Positions 9,610 through 20,296 are shown, counted from the first letter of the stretch. The stretch: 64,000 nt of DNA from a virus (IMGVR_UViG_3300025810_000004:32001-96000), one strand, 5' to 3'. The notes: generated by a model from the sequence alone, not told the origin. Translations and numbers: made by a program.

Positions 9610-10289
9610 AGCTCGTGTCCAGTGGTACCCCCTTTCTGTTTTATGGTCCAGGTGCTTTTGAAGCAGCTGTTGATCTGGCCGCTTCTCAGGGTGACCCACT
9701 TGAACCCGTTGGTCGAGAAGGACTGAAGGTACAGGACTCAAGGGATCTGGTTCAGATTGCCCTTGAAGGCGTGATTGGTGACAGACCACCCTCCGTGGTG
9801 GTTGGTCCCATGGATGAAGCCTCACCCGCAGCTGCAGACGCTCTGTTGAAGACGCTTGAAGAGGTGAGCGGGGTCAGGAGCCTGTGCATCGTGTTGTGGT
9901 GCAGGGGTCTGCACTCCGTCATCCCCACCATCATTTCGAGGTGCAACACGGTCTGGTCCCCCGGACAGCACACCGTGGATGACGCCGAGGAGTCCCTGCA
10001 CGTTGACGCCTTGGGATTCTTGGAATTTTACGCCGAGGGAAAGAACGCAGAGGCCATAGGTCTGCTGCTGACCCATTCCAAGGTATGGCCCAGGTTTCTG
10101 GACATCCTGGTGGGGGCCATGGCACAGGAAATCTCCAACCTCAGCGCAGACCCGACCGACGAAGCCAAGGAAAAAGCCTTGAAGGTACTTTCCTTGTGGG
10201 AACGGGCCAGACCCCTACTCTCACCCTCCGCTGCGAGGAGTGGTGTCTCTTTGGCCGTCTCTCAGCTTTTCGGACACACACTTCTATGA
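9606..10289 (+). CDS. holB: DNA polymerase III delta'-like clamp loader subunit
   Basis: DEASPAAADALLKTLEE and PTIISRC motifs; degenerate P-loop. Confidence 0.75.
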   Translation: MKLVSSGTPFLFYGPGAFEAAVDLAASQGDPLEPVGREGLKVQDSRDLVQIALEGVIGDRPPSVVVGPMDEASPAAADALLKTLEEVSGVRSLCIVLWCRGLHSVIPTIISRCNTVWSPGQHTVDDAEESLHVDALGFLEFYAEGKNAEAIGLLLTHSKVWPRFLDILVGAMAQEISNLSADPTDEAKEKALKVLSLWERARPLLSPSAARSGVSLAVSQLFGHTLL

Positions 10290-11281
10290 GCACCACCGTA
10301 GACTGGGAAGACCCACCCCCGTTCATAGTCGTGGGTGGGAGCGAGTGGCTTCGGATAAACAGGTTCAAGAACGACCTCGCTGAGTCGGCAAAGTCTGCCG
10401 GGATGTCCGTTGCTGCAGTCGACTCCGCATCCGACGTCGAGTCCTTGGTCTCCCCCAATCCTCTTTTCCAGACGGTCACCGACCAGAGGTATCTTGTCAT
10501 TTTCAGGGGGTGGAGGGCCGAGTCACAGCTCCCTGCAAACTTCAGTTTCCGGGGCAAGCACTGCATCCTGTACGTTTTGGAAGGCCGGATAAACAAGACT
10601 TCTTGCCCTGTACTCCCCCAGGTCGACTCCTCCCTGGTGGTGAAATTCAACAAGTTCTCCGGCTCCTACACCAAGAGCGTGGCCCACGCTGTGGAGTTCT
10701 TGGAGTCTGAGTTCTCCCGCCACGGGGTTCCGGACGTTAACTCCCAGCTTCTCACCTCAATGGCCAAGACCGCTGGCACCGATTTGGGGGTTCTCTCCTT
10801 CGAGGTTCAGAAGGCGGTCATGGCTTCCAACGGAGGGGAGATAACCGTCGGTGTGCTGAGGGACACCATAAAGCCGACCAACCACTTCGACTTCACCCCA
10901 CTCAGGACCTCTCTCTCCCAACTCAACCCCACCCAATTCCTGAAGTTCATGGACCGCGCCTATTCCCGGTCCGTGTCTGACCCCACCATGATCTTCCTCC
11001 GGGGAAGAGGGGGTGTGGGGGACCTCGCTATGGCTTGGCTCCAGACCAGCCTCCTGCTGAAGCAGGACGCCTCCCTCAAATACGTGGCGGAAGTCATAGG
11101 CGCTCCCGAATGGGCCGTGAAGCGGGATCACATACCCTCTGCTCGTAGGTGGGGTACAGTTAGACTGCTTAGGCTTGTTCGTGGGGTCGCCAGAGCAGAC
11201 AGCTCGTTTGTGTCCGGTTGCCCAAACCCGAGAATCGCTCTTGAGTCAGAAGTCGTTTCTGCCATGAAGGACCCTCGGTAG
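10286..11281 (+). CDS. holA: DNA polymerase III delta-like clamp loader subunit
   Basis: ATGA-coupled to holB-like gene; GTDLGVLSFEVQK and terminal RIALE resemble HolA. Confidence 0.6.
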   Translation: MSTTVDWEDPPPFIVVGGSEWLRINRFKNDLAESAKSAGMSVAAVDSASDVESLVSPNPLFQTVTDQRYLVIFRGWRAESQLPANFSFRGKHCILYVLEGRINKTSCPVLPQVDSSLVVKFNKFSGSYTKSVAHAVEFLESEFSRHGVPDVNSQLLTSMAKTAGTDLGVLSFEVQKAVMASNGGEITVGVLRDTIKPTNHFDFTPLRTSLSQLNPTQFLKFMDRAYSRSVSDPTMIFLRGRGGVGDLAMAWLQTSLLLKQDASLKYVAEVIGAPEWAVKRDHIPSARRWGTVRLLRLVRGVARADSSFVSGCPNPRIALESEVVSAMKDPR

Positions 11282-11290
11282 TTTATTGAT
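11276..11290 (+). promoter_or_regulatory. CGGTAG-N6-GAT promoter-like motif
   Basis: upstream of the RNR gene. Confidence 0.4.
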
Positions 11291-11334
11291 GCGGCTGAGT
11301 TAAAAGAGCGGTTTCTTAGAAAAAAACAAATCGA

Positions 11335-13332
11335 ATGAGGGGTGTAGCGGTGGCTGATTCTGCTAATGGTCTTTCTGTCTTTCCCAATGAGTTGTCTCAG
11401 TTCGTAATCACCCGGTCTTACTCCAGGTGGAACCCCGATTTGGGCCGGAGGGAGACTTATCCGGAGACGGTAGAAAGATACTGCAGTTTCATTTCCAAGC
11501 ACCGTGACATACCAGCCGAAATACTGGAAGAGATACGGTCTGGAATCCGGACCATGAACACACTCCCCTCCATGCGAGCGTTGTGGTCTGCGGGTACAGC
11601 GGCAGAGACCGACAACACCATGATCTACAACTGCTCTTTCCTCCCGCTCGACAATCTCAGAGCATTCTCCGAGATGCTCTACATCCTGATGATGGGGACT
11701 GGTGTGGGGTACTCCGTCGAAAGAACGTTCGTGGACAACCTTCCTAAGGTTTATCCCTCCAACGGACACACCCACCACATCACGGTGGAGGACAGCACGG
11801 CAGGATGGGCGGATTCCCTGTTTGAGGGATTGACCTACATGTGGAAGGGAAGCAAGGTCACATTCGACTATTCTCTCGTCCGTCCGGAAGGCTCAAGGTG
11901 CAAGACCAAGGGTGGCAGAGCTTCCGGACCCAAGCCGCTGAAGGACCTCCACGATTTCTGTCAGAACCTTCTGGACAACGCGAGGGGTCGCAAGCTCAGG
12001 TCCATAGAGGTCAGTGACATAGCTTGCATGATCGGGGAAATAGTCAAGGCAGGGGGAGTCCGGGGTGCTGCCCTTATTTGCTTCTCCGACCCTGACGACG
12101 AGGAAATGCGTCACGCCAAGGACTGGAGCCGGGGCGACTTTCCGAGTTACAGATACGTGGCGAACTTCAGCGGATTCTGGTCTGAGCGTCCAGACCGGAA
12201 GACCTTCGACAAGGAGTGGACTGCTCTCAGGAACTCCGGGTCTGGTGAGCGCGGCTTCTACATGTTCCCCCACCACAAGCGTTCTGAGCGCCGGGGTGAC
12301 TGCCGCTCCAACCCGTGTGGGGAAATCCTGCTCCGTTTCAAGAGGGCCGAGTGCCCCTGGACCGGAAGAGGCGGCGGGGGTCAGTTTTGCAACCTCTCTG
12401 CAGCTGTCATGCGTTCTTGGGACACCAAGGAGACTTTCGCCGCCAAGATCCGGGTCGCCACCTGGATCGGTGCCATACAGTCCAGCTTCACCGAGTTCCC
12501 GTATCTTCGCCCTGCCTGGAAGCAGCACTGTGAAGAGGACAGGCTTCTCGGTGTGGATATAACGGGCCACTGTGACAACCCCGCCCTTTCTGGTGACAAC
12601 GAGGCCATGGCCTACTTCAACACGGTCGCCAGGGATACTGCGTACGTCGCTGCGAAGCATCTGGACATAAACGTCCCAGCCATGATCACCTGTGGGAAGC
12701 CCAGCGGTAACTCCTCTCAGGCAGTGGACTGCGCAAGCGGTTTCCATACCCGTTGGAGCAAGTTCTACATCCGCAGAGTTCGCATCAACAACAGGGACCC
12801 CCTTTTCAGTCTTATCAAGGATGCCGGGGTCCCGGTCTTCAAGGACAACTCGTACAAGAACCTCCCCGACGAGGAGTGCCCTAGGTGGGTTGCGGAGTTC
12901 CCGGTCAAATCGCCTGAAGGCTGCATGACCAGAGACGACGAGACTGCCATCGAGCAGCTCAACCGCTACCTCAACATCATGGAGACTTGGCTTTCGGTCA
13001 AGGGACACAACCAGTCTGCCACCGTCTACGTTCGGGACCACGAGTGGGATGGAGTCGGTGACTGGCTTTACGAGAACTTCAACAAGGTCACCGGACTCTC
13101 CTTCCTCCCCTACGACGGCGGGAAGTACGAACTGGGACCCTACGAGACCATAACCGAAGAAGAGTACAACCGCCTCAGCGAGAGCTTCCCCCACATCGAC
13201 TATTCCCTCCTTCCCTCCTACGAGGTTGAGGACATGGGTACGGGTGCACAGGAGCTTGCTTGCATGGGCGGTTCTTGTGAATTGGGTGATTGGCTCGACG
13301 CCAAGAGCGAAGAAGTCTCCGCTTCTTTGTAG
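11335..13332 (+). CDS. nrdJ: class II (B12-dependent, RTPR-like) ribonucleotide reductase
   Basis: PSMRALW, YNCSF, GVGYS, NPCGEI thiyl motif, KPSGN, C-terminal ACMGGSC; no small-subunit gene nearby. Confidence 0.9.
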   Translation: MRGVAVADSANGLSVFPNELSQFVITRSYSRWNPDLGRRETYPETVERYCSFISKHRDIPAEILEEIRSGIRTMNTLPSMRALWSAGTAAETDNTMIYNCSFLPLDNLRAFSEMLYILMMGTGVGYSVERTFVDNLPKVYPSNGHTHHITVEDSTAGWADSLFEGLTYMWKGSKVTFDYSLVRPEGSRCKTKGGRASGPKPLKDLHDFCQNLLDNARGRKLRSIEVSDIACMIGEIVKAGGVRGAALICFSDPDDEEMRHAKDWSRGDFPSYRYVANFSGFWSERPDRKTFDKEWTALRNSGSGERGFYMFPHHKRSERRGDCRSNPCGEILLRFKRAECPWTGRGGGGQFCNLSAAVMRSWDTKETFAAKIRVATWIGAIQSSFTEFPYLRPAWKQHCEEDRLLGVDITGHCDNPALSGDNEAMAYFNTVARDTAYVAAKHLDINVPAMITCGKPSGNSSQAVDCASGFHTRWSKFYIRRVRINNRDPLFSLIKDAGVPVFKDNSYKNLPDEECPRWVAEFPVKSPEGCMTRDDETAIEQLNRYLNIMETWLSVKGHNQSATVYVRDHEWDGVGDWLYENFNKVTGLSFLPYDGGKYELGPYETITEEEYNRLSESFPHIDYSLLPSYEVEDMGTGAQELACMGGSCELGDWLDAKSEEVSASL

Positions 13333-13364
13333 GGCGGGTACTATTCCACGCAGGAGGAAATAAA

Positions 13365-13748
13365 GTGCCCACCTATGCCTACCACTGTGTGCAGTGCGCT
13401 CTCGACTTCGAGAAGATATTGCCTATATCTCGATACGACGAGCCACAAAATTGCCCCAACTGCGACGAGGGTCCCTGCAAGAAGATGGTGACCCTCCCCA
13501 ACTTCATACTGAAGGGCAACGGGTGGTCAGGCAAGAACCTGAGGATCAAGCGCCAGATGGCAGAGAAGAACAGGCGTCTTACCATCAAGGAACAGGAACG
13601 GAAGAACGACGGTTCTGGTGGGGTCCGGCTCGCCCCCAACGTCGATGGTGAGCAGGTGGACTCTTGGTCTGAGGCGAGCAAGCTCGCAAATTCGAAGGGC
13701 AAAGACACCAGCGGATACGACAGACTCGCGGCGAAAGAGAAGAAGTAA
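13365..13748 (+). CDS. FmdB-family zinc-ribbon protein
   Basis: MPTYAYHCVQC..CPNC..FILKGNGW; SD AGGAGG. Confidence 0.85.
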   Translation: MPTYAYHCVQCALDFEKILPISRYDEPQNCPNCDEGPCKKMVTLPNFILKGNGWSGKNLRIKRQMAEKNRRLTIKEQERKNDGSGGVRLAPNVDGEQVDSWSEASKLANSKGKDTSGYDRLAAKEKK

Positions 13749-13756
13749 CGTCGGTT

Positions 13757-13771
13757 CGTTGGGGGATTTAT
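13757..13771 (+). promoter_or_regulatory. CGTTGG-N6-TAT promoter-like motif
   Basis: intergenic, upstream of 13797. Confidence 0.45.
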
Positions 13772-13796
13772 CGGGGTTCTAAGGGAGGAGATAACA

Positions 13797-14480
13797 ATGC
13801 CTTCCACACCGAATCTCATAGAAAGGCACAGAGGCATCATAGAGCTTTCTGTTCCTTCCAAGTCCAACGTCTCCTCCTACGTTGTGGGAGCTGCTACGAG
13901 TTTGACCACTGCCTTTGCTGGCACCACCCAGCTTTTCACTGTGTCGAGGGGCGGATACTTCCGTTCCATGACCCTCAAGCGCAACAAGGTCAATCGGACT
14001 GACGAATCCGTGAGGGGCCTCACCAGAGCCTCCTTCAATTTGGATGACTTCGCATCTGCGACTGTTCCGGGTGACGGGGCCATTTCCTTCCTGAGGGTCA
14101 CCGAAGTGGACTCCACCGGGGCTTCTGGTCCAGAGGGGCCCATACTGGTGGTCCCACCCCCCGACTTCTACTCCTCTTCCAGGAAGGTCGTGTACCTCTC
14201 CGGTACCGCGCCAAACGTCGCCTCCACCACGAGCGGAGTTCCTCCTCAGGGGGCCATGGAGATCAAGTTCTCCAAGTTCGGGGACCGACTGGAGATAGTC
14301 AATTCCGGTGGTGCGGCTCTCTTTGTTGGCACTTCACCTGGTATGCCGGAGTTTTCTGTGGGTGCCGGAACCTCTCGCACCCTTGTTGAAGCTGGGGCTT
14401 CGCATCTGTTCCTTCACGGCGACGGGGCCACTCCGACCTTCGAGCTGTACCTTTCGGCCATAGACGGGATATCCCACTAA
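13797..14480 (+). CDS. hypothetical, probable virion structural protein
   Basis: S/T/G-rich, beta-type composition; strong SD. Confidence 0.5.
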   Translation: MPSTPNLIERHRGIIELSVPSKSNVSSYVVGAATSLTTAFAGTTQLFTVSRGGYFRSMTLKRNKVNRTDESVRGLTRASFNLDDFASATVPGDGAISFLRVTEVDSTGASGPEGPILVVPPPDFYSSSRKVVYLSGTAPNVASTTSGVPPQGAMEIKFSKFGDRLEIVNSGGAALFVGTSPGMPEFSVGAGTSRTLVEAGASHLFLHGDGATPTFELYLSAIDGISH

Positions 14481-14482
14481 CT

Positions 14483-14497
14483 CGTTAGGTCTTTGAT
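14483..14497 (+). promoter_or_regulatory. CGTTAG-N6-GAT promoter-like motif
   Basis: intergenic, upstream of 14541. Confidence 0.5.
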
Positions 14498-14540
14498 TAA
14501 CTTCCTAAAGTAGTGATCCCTTTCACTGGAGAAACTCACC

Positions 14541-15209
14541 ATGGCACACACCGCATACGTTTGCAGAATCCGAACCGACATCCCCGCTGGAGCCCTCCAG
14601 TGGACTGACGTTCGTCCCAACACCTCCCAGCGCAGCCTCGTTTACGATTCTGCTGGTCAGTCTGGTTACCTCGGCAGCCGAGCAACCAACAGCACTCTGG
14701 CTGCTCTCGTCGCAAATGCTACCGTGGCTGAATACACGGGAGTGGCTGCTTACCTGATCGACCACGTCATTGACGAAGTTTCGGGTGTCACCATCACCGT
14801 TACTGTTGCTAACGCTGCAGCCCTGGCCTTCATCGCCCAGATGGATTCTGGCCTCAGCATCGACATCAACGCTGCCATGGTCACCAGTGGTGGTGCTGGC
14901 GCTGGTACCACCCTCACCAACGCTGCTGGTTCCAACGGCTCCCTCAAGGAGCTTCTCAAGATCCTCTCGGGCGCTGAGTACACCCTCCCCTCCGGTTCCA
15001 CCGTTGGCGGCCTCGGTGCTGGTGCCGCCCTCGGGTCGTTCACCAACGACAGCGAGTACCGCCAGATGTACAGCTCCGGCTCCCTGCAGATGTCCTGCGG
15101 TGAGGGTCAGCTCGCCAGTTTCGCCCTGAGCACCTTCGAGTACGACGGAACCGCCAACCCCGCTCTGGTTGTCTACGACTACCAGGGTACGGCTCTCACC
15201 TCCCAGTGA
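14541..15209 (+). CDS. hypothetical, probable abundant virion protein
   Basis: A/G/T/S-rich, biased codons; own promoter motif and downstream hairpin. Confidence 0.55.
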   Translation: MAHTAYVCRIRTDIPAGALQWTDVRPNTSQRSLVYDSAGQSGYLGSRATNSTLAALVANATVAEYTGVAAYLIDHVIDEVSGVTITVTVANAAALAFIAQMDSGLSIDINAAMVTSGGAGAGTTLTNAAGSNGSLKELLKILSGAEYTLPSGSTVGGLGAGAALGSFTNDSEYRQMYSSGSLQMSCGEGQLASFALSTFEYDGTANPALVVYDYQGTALTSQ

Positions 15210-15228
15210 AATAGTCTAAGGGATCATT

Positions 15229-15274
15229 TCGGCCCCCGTCCTTCCTGGGTGACCTGGAAGGGTGCGGGGGCCGA
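15229..15274 (+). terminator. GC-rich hairpin, putative terminator
   Basis: tcggcccccg..cgggggccga stem after the 15209 stop; weak U-tract. Confidence 0.55.
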
Positions 15275-15298
15275 TCTGTATCCGGGTATAATGGGCAC

Positions 15299-15535
15299 AT
15301 GCCCTTTAGAACTTCGGATACCTACTTCGCCGCCTATCTTCTATCCGCCAAGGTTCCCATGGTCGGTATAGAGGATTCGGGAAGCGTGTTCACATTTGTA
15401 TTTGAAGAACAAGACTCAAGAGTAGTCAGGGAGCTGAAGACCGCTTACTTCTCGGGATACGCAAAGGTTTCGGCACTGGACTATTCCCAGAACCTGAAGT
15501 TCCTTAAATCCGGGATGAAGAGAAGGGAAAGGTGA
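15299..15535 (+). CDS. small DUF5659-like protein, probably leaderless
   Basis: FRTSDTYFAAYL; GGGTATAAT ends 7 nt before ATG. Confidence 0.6.
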   Translation: MPFRTSDTYFAAYLLSAKVPMVGIEDSGSVFTFVFEEQDSRVVRELKTAYFSGYAKVSALDYSQNLKFLKSGMKRRER

Positions 15536-16002
15536 AGCCGATTCTCGTGATTGTTGGCCTGTTCTGGAAAGACAAAGAGGGTCAACCCATGGTCCAGACC
15601 GAAGAAGGACACGTTGACCTTCTGAAGGAAATCAGCGCGTTCGAAGACTCTGTGGTCGACCTCAGTGTACACCACTATCCTCCAGGCCCCCCAGACCCAA
15701 CCGCAGTTGGCGGTGGCTGTTGCAAATGGGGGGAGGGCTGTCCTTTTGGACACGCAGAGGACCCTGAGTACATGTTCAGCTTCCAGTCCGAAGGAAACCT
15801 CTCGTTGGACGAGGAGGGTGTGAACGTGGGTGATTTGGCTGTACCTTTCCAGTTCATGGAAGGCCACCACGGCAGACTTGTCATTTTGAGAGAGCTTGAA
15901 ATTCCGAGTGGTGTCCCGGAAGACCTTGGGTCTATTGGTGACCTTGAGGCCGAGGCTCAACAACTCGAAGCCCTGCTTTCTGGGCTTAGGGAGATTCTAT
16001 GA
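15532..16002 (+). CDS. hypothetical protein
   Basis: coupled to both neighbours; Cys/His cluster CCKWGEGCPFGH. Confidence 0.6.
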   Translation: MKPILVIVGLFWKDKEGQPMVQTEEGHVDLLKEISAFEDSVVDLSVHHYPPGPPDPTAVGGGCCKWGEGCPFGHAEDPEYMFSFQSEGNLSLDEEGVNVGDLAVPFQFMEGHHGRLVILRELEIPSGVPEDLGSIGDLEAEAQQLEALLSGLREIL

Positions 16003-18233
16003 GTGTCAGTACCTTCAGCGGAAGAGTCCAGACCGTGCACTACAGCAGCGGTGACTTCCACATCGTGAAGGTTCGGTCCGACGACGGGACCATCATCACT
16101 GCCAAGGGCAACTTCCCCCTCCAGACCATCAGTATAGGGACTTGGGTTTCCTTTGAGGGGAAATGGTCCAAGCATGACACCTATGGCAAGCAGGTCTCTG
16201 TCACCAAGAGTCCTGTGGACAGCGGTGAATGGGATGACCCGAAGGTTCTCAGCGTCCTGAGTTCCAACGGGGTCGGTCCCGGAGTCCGCGCAAGTCTTCG
16301 GACCGTAGCCTCCATCAAGAACCAGAGTCTGTACGACCTGTTGAATGGGGGCGACCTGACTGAGAGCGACCTCGACGAGTTCACCCAAGAATTCGTCCTA
16401 TCCCGCTGGAACAGCACCCGCACCCTGTTCGAAGCCGCCCACTTCCTCGCCAACTCTGGGGTCCCCTCCAAGGTCGCTGGTAGCGTCTGGAGGATTCTCG
16501 GAGACGAGCTTGAGAGCAAGATCACCGAAGACCCCTGGGTTCTCGTTCGGGTGCCGGGAATCACCTTCACTCAGGCAGACGAGGTGGCGGTCAGGCTTGG
16601 GGTCCCCTTGACCAACCCAGGCAGGATCAGAGGTGCCGTTCTTTCCTCCGTTTCCTCGATCTACAGGGACGGGCACTCCTTCGCCAGCCCCGGTCAGGTC
16701 GTGTACAAGGTCAACTCCATGGTGCCGGGTGGGAGCTGTTCCAACGCCGACATAGCCAACGCTATCAAGCAGTTGTGCGAACAGAAGAAACTCACTTTGG
16801 AAAGGAAGCTGGGGGAGTCCTCAGCGCTGTACGACCCTTGGGTTGAGGATATGGAGGTCTTCTGTGCCCAAGAGTTTGTGAGCAGGTGTAGCGCCGAGAG
16901 CGGTATAGACCGTGAAGTTGCTGAGGAAGAGGTCAGGAAGTGGTCTGCGGGCCGCAGTATGTCCCTGACTGATACTCAGGTCAAAGCGGCTGTTGACTCT
17001 GTGGTCGAGTCTGTTTCTATTCTCACCGGGCTCCCCGGAACCGGAAAGACAACTACCCTGCAAGCCGTGGTTTCGGTTCTGAAAGACCTCTCTGTCCCCT
17101 ATCTTCTGGTCGCTCCCACTGGTATCGCTGCGAAGCGAATGGCCAATGTGACCGGGTCTGGGGCTTCCACCGTTCACCGGGCCTTCTCTGCCAAGGGTTT
17201 CAGCACCGAGGACAGGGACCACTCCTACGTTGGTATTACCAGCAGTTCCTCTTCCGAGGACACCTCAAGCACCAAGGACCAAGTTTGGGAATTCGGTCCT
17301 GAAAACCCCCACCCCGCAGACGTCATCATCGTTGACGAGAGTTCGATGGTGGACCTCCACATGCTCTACCGCATTCTCATGGGGACCAAGAAGGACTGTC
17401 GAATAGTCATGGTGGGCGACCCCTATCAGCTTCCCTCCGTTGGGGCTGGGGACGTTCTTCGAAGTCTGGTCAAATCCGGGCGATTTTGCCACACTCACCT
17501 GTCTGATATCTTCCGGCAGGAGAACACCTCCGATATTATCGCGGCGGCACACGACATCCACGTCGGCAAGACCCCCAAGATTTCCGGCAGCAAGGATTTC
17601 AAGCTCATACCCTGCAATTCTGAGTCTGAAGCTTGCGACATCATCAAGGCCGTCAGCTCGCGGCTTTTCGAAGCCAAGCGGAATTTTCAGGTTCTGTCCC
17701 CCAGACACATGGGCGACGCCGGGGTCACCAACCTCAACGAGGTTTTGAGGGTCGCCATCAACCCACCCTCCTTTGGCTCCAAAGAGTGTCGGGTCATGGG
17801 GTCTGTTATACGGGAAGGCGACCGGATCATGGTCACCAAGAACGACTACAACAAGGGTGTATACAACGGTGACGTGGGGAAAGTGTCGAGGATCGACAGG
17901 AGGGCAAAGGAGATAGAGCTGAGGATCTTCTCCGGTGGGGGAGTCAGGGATTTGCTTGTCAGATATCCGTACACCAAGGGGCCTATTCCTGTTCGCCTCG
18001 CCTATGCCCAGACGGTCCACAAAAGCCAGGGGCAGGAGTACGACACCATTGTTCTTCCCATCATGGGTTCGTTCGGGAGGCAGCTCCAGAGGAACCTTAT
18101 CTACACCGCTGTGACCCGTGCCAAAAAGAAAGTCATCCTGGTCGGCGAAGAGTCCGCTCTCACCAAAGCCGTTCTGAACGATGTGCAGGACAGCCGAAAC
18201 TCGTTGCTGGCTGAGAGGATAAGGAGGGTCTGA
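15999..18233 (+). CDS. recD2: RecD2-like SF1B helicase
   Basis: N-terminal OB/HhH region (GVGP, GITF..AD), GLPGTGKT, DESSM, GDPYQLPSV, YAQTVHKSQG, YTAVTRAK. Confidence 0.92.
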   Translation: MSVSTFSGRVQTVHYSSGDFHIVKVRSDDGTIITAKGNFPLQTISIGTWVSFEGKWSKHDTYGKQVSVTKSPVDSGEWDDPKVLSVLSSNGVGPGVRASLRTVASIKNQSLYDLLNGGDLTESDLDEFTQEFVLSRWNSTRTLFEAAHFLANSGVPSKVAGSVWRILGDELESKITEDPWVLVRVPGITFTQADEVAVRLGVPLTNPGRIRGAVLSSVSSIYRDGHSFASPGQVVYKVNSMVPGGSCSNADIANAIKQLCEQKKLTLERKLGESSALYDPWVEDMEVFCAQEFVSRCSAESGIDREVAEEEVRKWSAGRSMSLTDTQVKAAVDSVVESVSILTGLPGTGKTTTLQAVVSVLKDLSVPYLLVAPTGIAAKRMANVTGSGASTVHRAFSAKGFSTEDRDHSYVGITSSSSSEDTSSTKDQVWEFGPENPHPADVIIVDESSMVDLHMLYRILMGTKKDCRIVMVGDPYQLPSVGAGDVLRSLVKSGRFCHTHLSDIFRQENTSDIIAAAHDIHVGKTPKISGSKDFKLIPCNSESEACDIIKAVSSRLFEAKRNFQVLSPRHMGDAGVTNLNEVLRVAINPPSFGSKECRVMGSVIREGDRIMVTKNDYNKGVYNGDVGKVSRIDRRAKEIELRIFSGGGVRDLLVRYPYTKGPIPVRLAYAQTVHKSQGQEYDTIVLPIMGSFGRQLQRNLIYTAVTRAKKKVILVGEESALTKAVLNDVQDSRNSLLAERIRRV

Positions 18234-18270
18234 TGTGCCTGTATAACTCTCCATCATTGGAGGTTTAGTC

Positions 18271-18672
18271 ATGAACCGAAAGAAGCAGATTCAGGATGCG
18301 GTCAACCGCGTGAAGGGTGGTCTCACCATCACCAAGGTCACCAGCACCCGTGCGGTGAAGACGAAGAAATCGGGTGACTTCTTCGTTGGTATGAGCGCCG
18401 CCTGGAACAGCGTTCAGGACGACGCCGGGGGCATGGGGGCAGACGAGGATCTGACCCTCACCACTCAGGAGCAGTCTTCGGCTGGTATGTCGATCATCGA
18501 CGCCCAGATTGCTCAGCAGATCCTCAACAAGGAAGCCTCCATCGCCGCTTGGCGGAGTGCCCTGACCGAGGGCGCTATCTCGGAGAACGCTTTCCACGCC
18601 AAGGTTCGAGAGATCCGGGCCAACACCATCGCCCACATCGACCGCATTCTGCCGGAAGGTGGAAATGACTGA
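18271..18672 (+). CDS. hypothetical protein
   Basis: 133 aa, SD GGAGG. Confidence 0.6.
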   Translation: MNRKKQIQDAVNRVKGGLTITKVTSTRAVKTKKSGDFFVGMSAAWNSVQDDAGGMGADEDLTLTTQEQSSAGMSIIDAQIAQQILNKEASIAAWRSALTEGAISENAFHAKVREIRANTIAHIDRILPEGGND

Positions 18673-19483
18673 TTCCACCCTCCCCACTCTGGAACCCTCC
18701 TTCTTGGACTCTGTGTTCTCCAGATTGGCCACCATGGAGGTGGAACTGGACGGAGACCCTCTCCAGTTCGGCCCCAAGCGTCTGAACGGAAAGATCGCCA
18801 CGGCAAGGGGTATGCTCACCGAGTGCGAGCGGATCTACTTGCACGTGTCCCAGCTTCTGCAGAATTTCAAGACCAGCCACAGGACTCTGGAACTTGAATT
18901 CGACATCGACAAGAAGCACCTGTACGCCAACGACCCGGAGGTCATGGCTGGTCGGAATGTTGCCGACCGTGACGCCATCGCGACCGGGAAGCTGCTGGAG
19001 CAGGCCAGAGAACTCAACAACCTTGCCAAGAGCCTGTCCAACCTCGAAGCTGTGCTTTCGGTTGTGAAGTCCAAACGGGCCGATTTGAAGGACTTGCAGG
19101 GACGGATTCGCGACCAGATCAAGCTGTGCCACGAGGAAATCGGGCTGGGGGCAAAGTGGGGAAGCAAACCCCCTCCCGGCACCGAAGTCCCTGACCTCGA
19201 CAACACCCCGAAGGTTCCCAAGCAGACCATTCGGGATCTGCAGGACCTGTTCTCCGGTTCCAAGGCACCGGAGGTCACGGATTCAGAGGTCATAGCCCCG
19301 GACCCACAGGAATCGGCAGAGGAATCCACTCCCGCCCCCAACGACTCCGAAGAGGAGTTTGCTGGTGACAAATCGGATGAAGTCATGGACTCCTTCCTCG
19401 ATGCCATCAAGGACCACTCCAACGGGACGAAGAGTGCTTCCCCCGATAGCATTGAGAGCATCCTCGAAAGCATGAACCTGTGA
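18665..19483 (+). CDS. coiled-coil protein with acidic tail (possible recombination mediator)
   Basis: helical N-half, acidic C-terminus; sits before SSB/RuvC/RecA. Confidence 0.5.
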   Translation: MTDSTLPTLEPSFLDSVFSRLATMEVELDGDPLQFGPKRLNGKIATARGMLTECERIYLHVSQLLQNFKTSHRTLELEFDIDKKHLYANDPEVMAGRNVADRDAIATGKLLEQARELNNLAKSLSNLEAVLSVVKSKRADLKDLQGRIRDQIKLCHEEIGLGAKWGSKPPPGTEVPDLDNTPKVPKQTIRDLQDLFSGSKAPEVTDSEVIAPDPQESAEESTPAPNDSEEEFAGDKSDEVMDSFLDAIKDHSNGTKSASPDSIESILESMNL

Positions 19484-19579
19484 TGGGGGGTATGTCCTCT
19501 CCACACAGGATGTAACAAAATCTCGGCGCAACTGCAGAAACAGCCAAGCGCTTAAACTCAAACCGGAGAATTCCACATC

Positions 19580-20296
19580 ATGCCTGTCACCACTTTCACG
19601 TTCGGTCAGGACGACAACAACATCGGCAAGAAGGTCACTCGCTTCAAGGGTGAAACTGGCCGCACCTACCTCGTCTCCTTCGTGTCCTTCACGGACTACG
19701 GCGAAGACGGACTCCCCGCAGAGGGCGCGAACCCCGCCTTCGCCTCCGCCCACCGTATCTACAAGCAGGGCGTGGGCCACGTCATCGTGGACGACGCCAA
19801 CAAGTCGGCCATGGAGGCCCTCTTGAAGAAGGAGGCCCGCCACTACGTCGGCACCGTTCTGTGTGTCTGGCCCACCGACCGTCAGGGCGAGCTGGACGTC
19901 GAGTCCTTCAAGAAGGGCAAGGGATACAAGATCATGCCTTGGATCCTCTCGGCCACCCGCTACCCCGACCTCGCTCGCTGCCACAAGAAGTTCCCGCTTC
20001 CGAAGCACGACCTGTCCATGACCTGCAGCGACGGGCAGTACCAGTCGTTCACCATGGTCTCCGACCCGAAGTGCTGCCTCCGCATGTACCTCGATTCGAA
20101 GAACGAGGGCTTCCAGAAGATCGGTGCCAACATCGTCGCAGAGGCTCGCAAGGTCTTCGACAAGATCGGTCGTGAGTTCGGTCGGGAGATGACCTTGGAC
20201 GAGGTCCGCGAGGCGCTGGGAGAGGAGGTTTCCTCCCCCACCAACTCCACCTCTGCCGAGCAGATGGAGTCCATGCTGGACGACCTCGAAATCTGA
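19580..20296 (+). CDS. probable single-stranded DNA-binding protein (gp32-like)
   Basis: size, HDLSMTC..QYQSF motif, acidic tail MLDDLEI, context. Confidence 0.6.
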   Translation: MPVTTFTFGQDDNNIGKKVTRFKGETGRTYLVSFVSFTDYGEDGLPAEGANPAFASAHRIYKQGVGHVIVDDANKSAMEALLKKEARHYVGTVLCVWPTDRQGELDVESFKKGKGYKIMPWILSATRYPDLARCHKKFPLPKHDLSMTCSDGQYQSFTMVSDPKCCLRMYLDSKNEGFQKIGANIVAEARKVFDKIGREFGREMTLDEVREALGEEVSSPTNSTSAEQMESMLDDLEI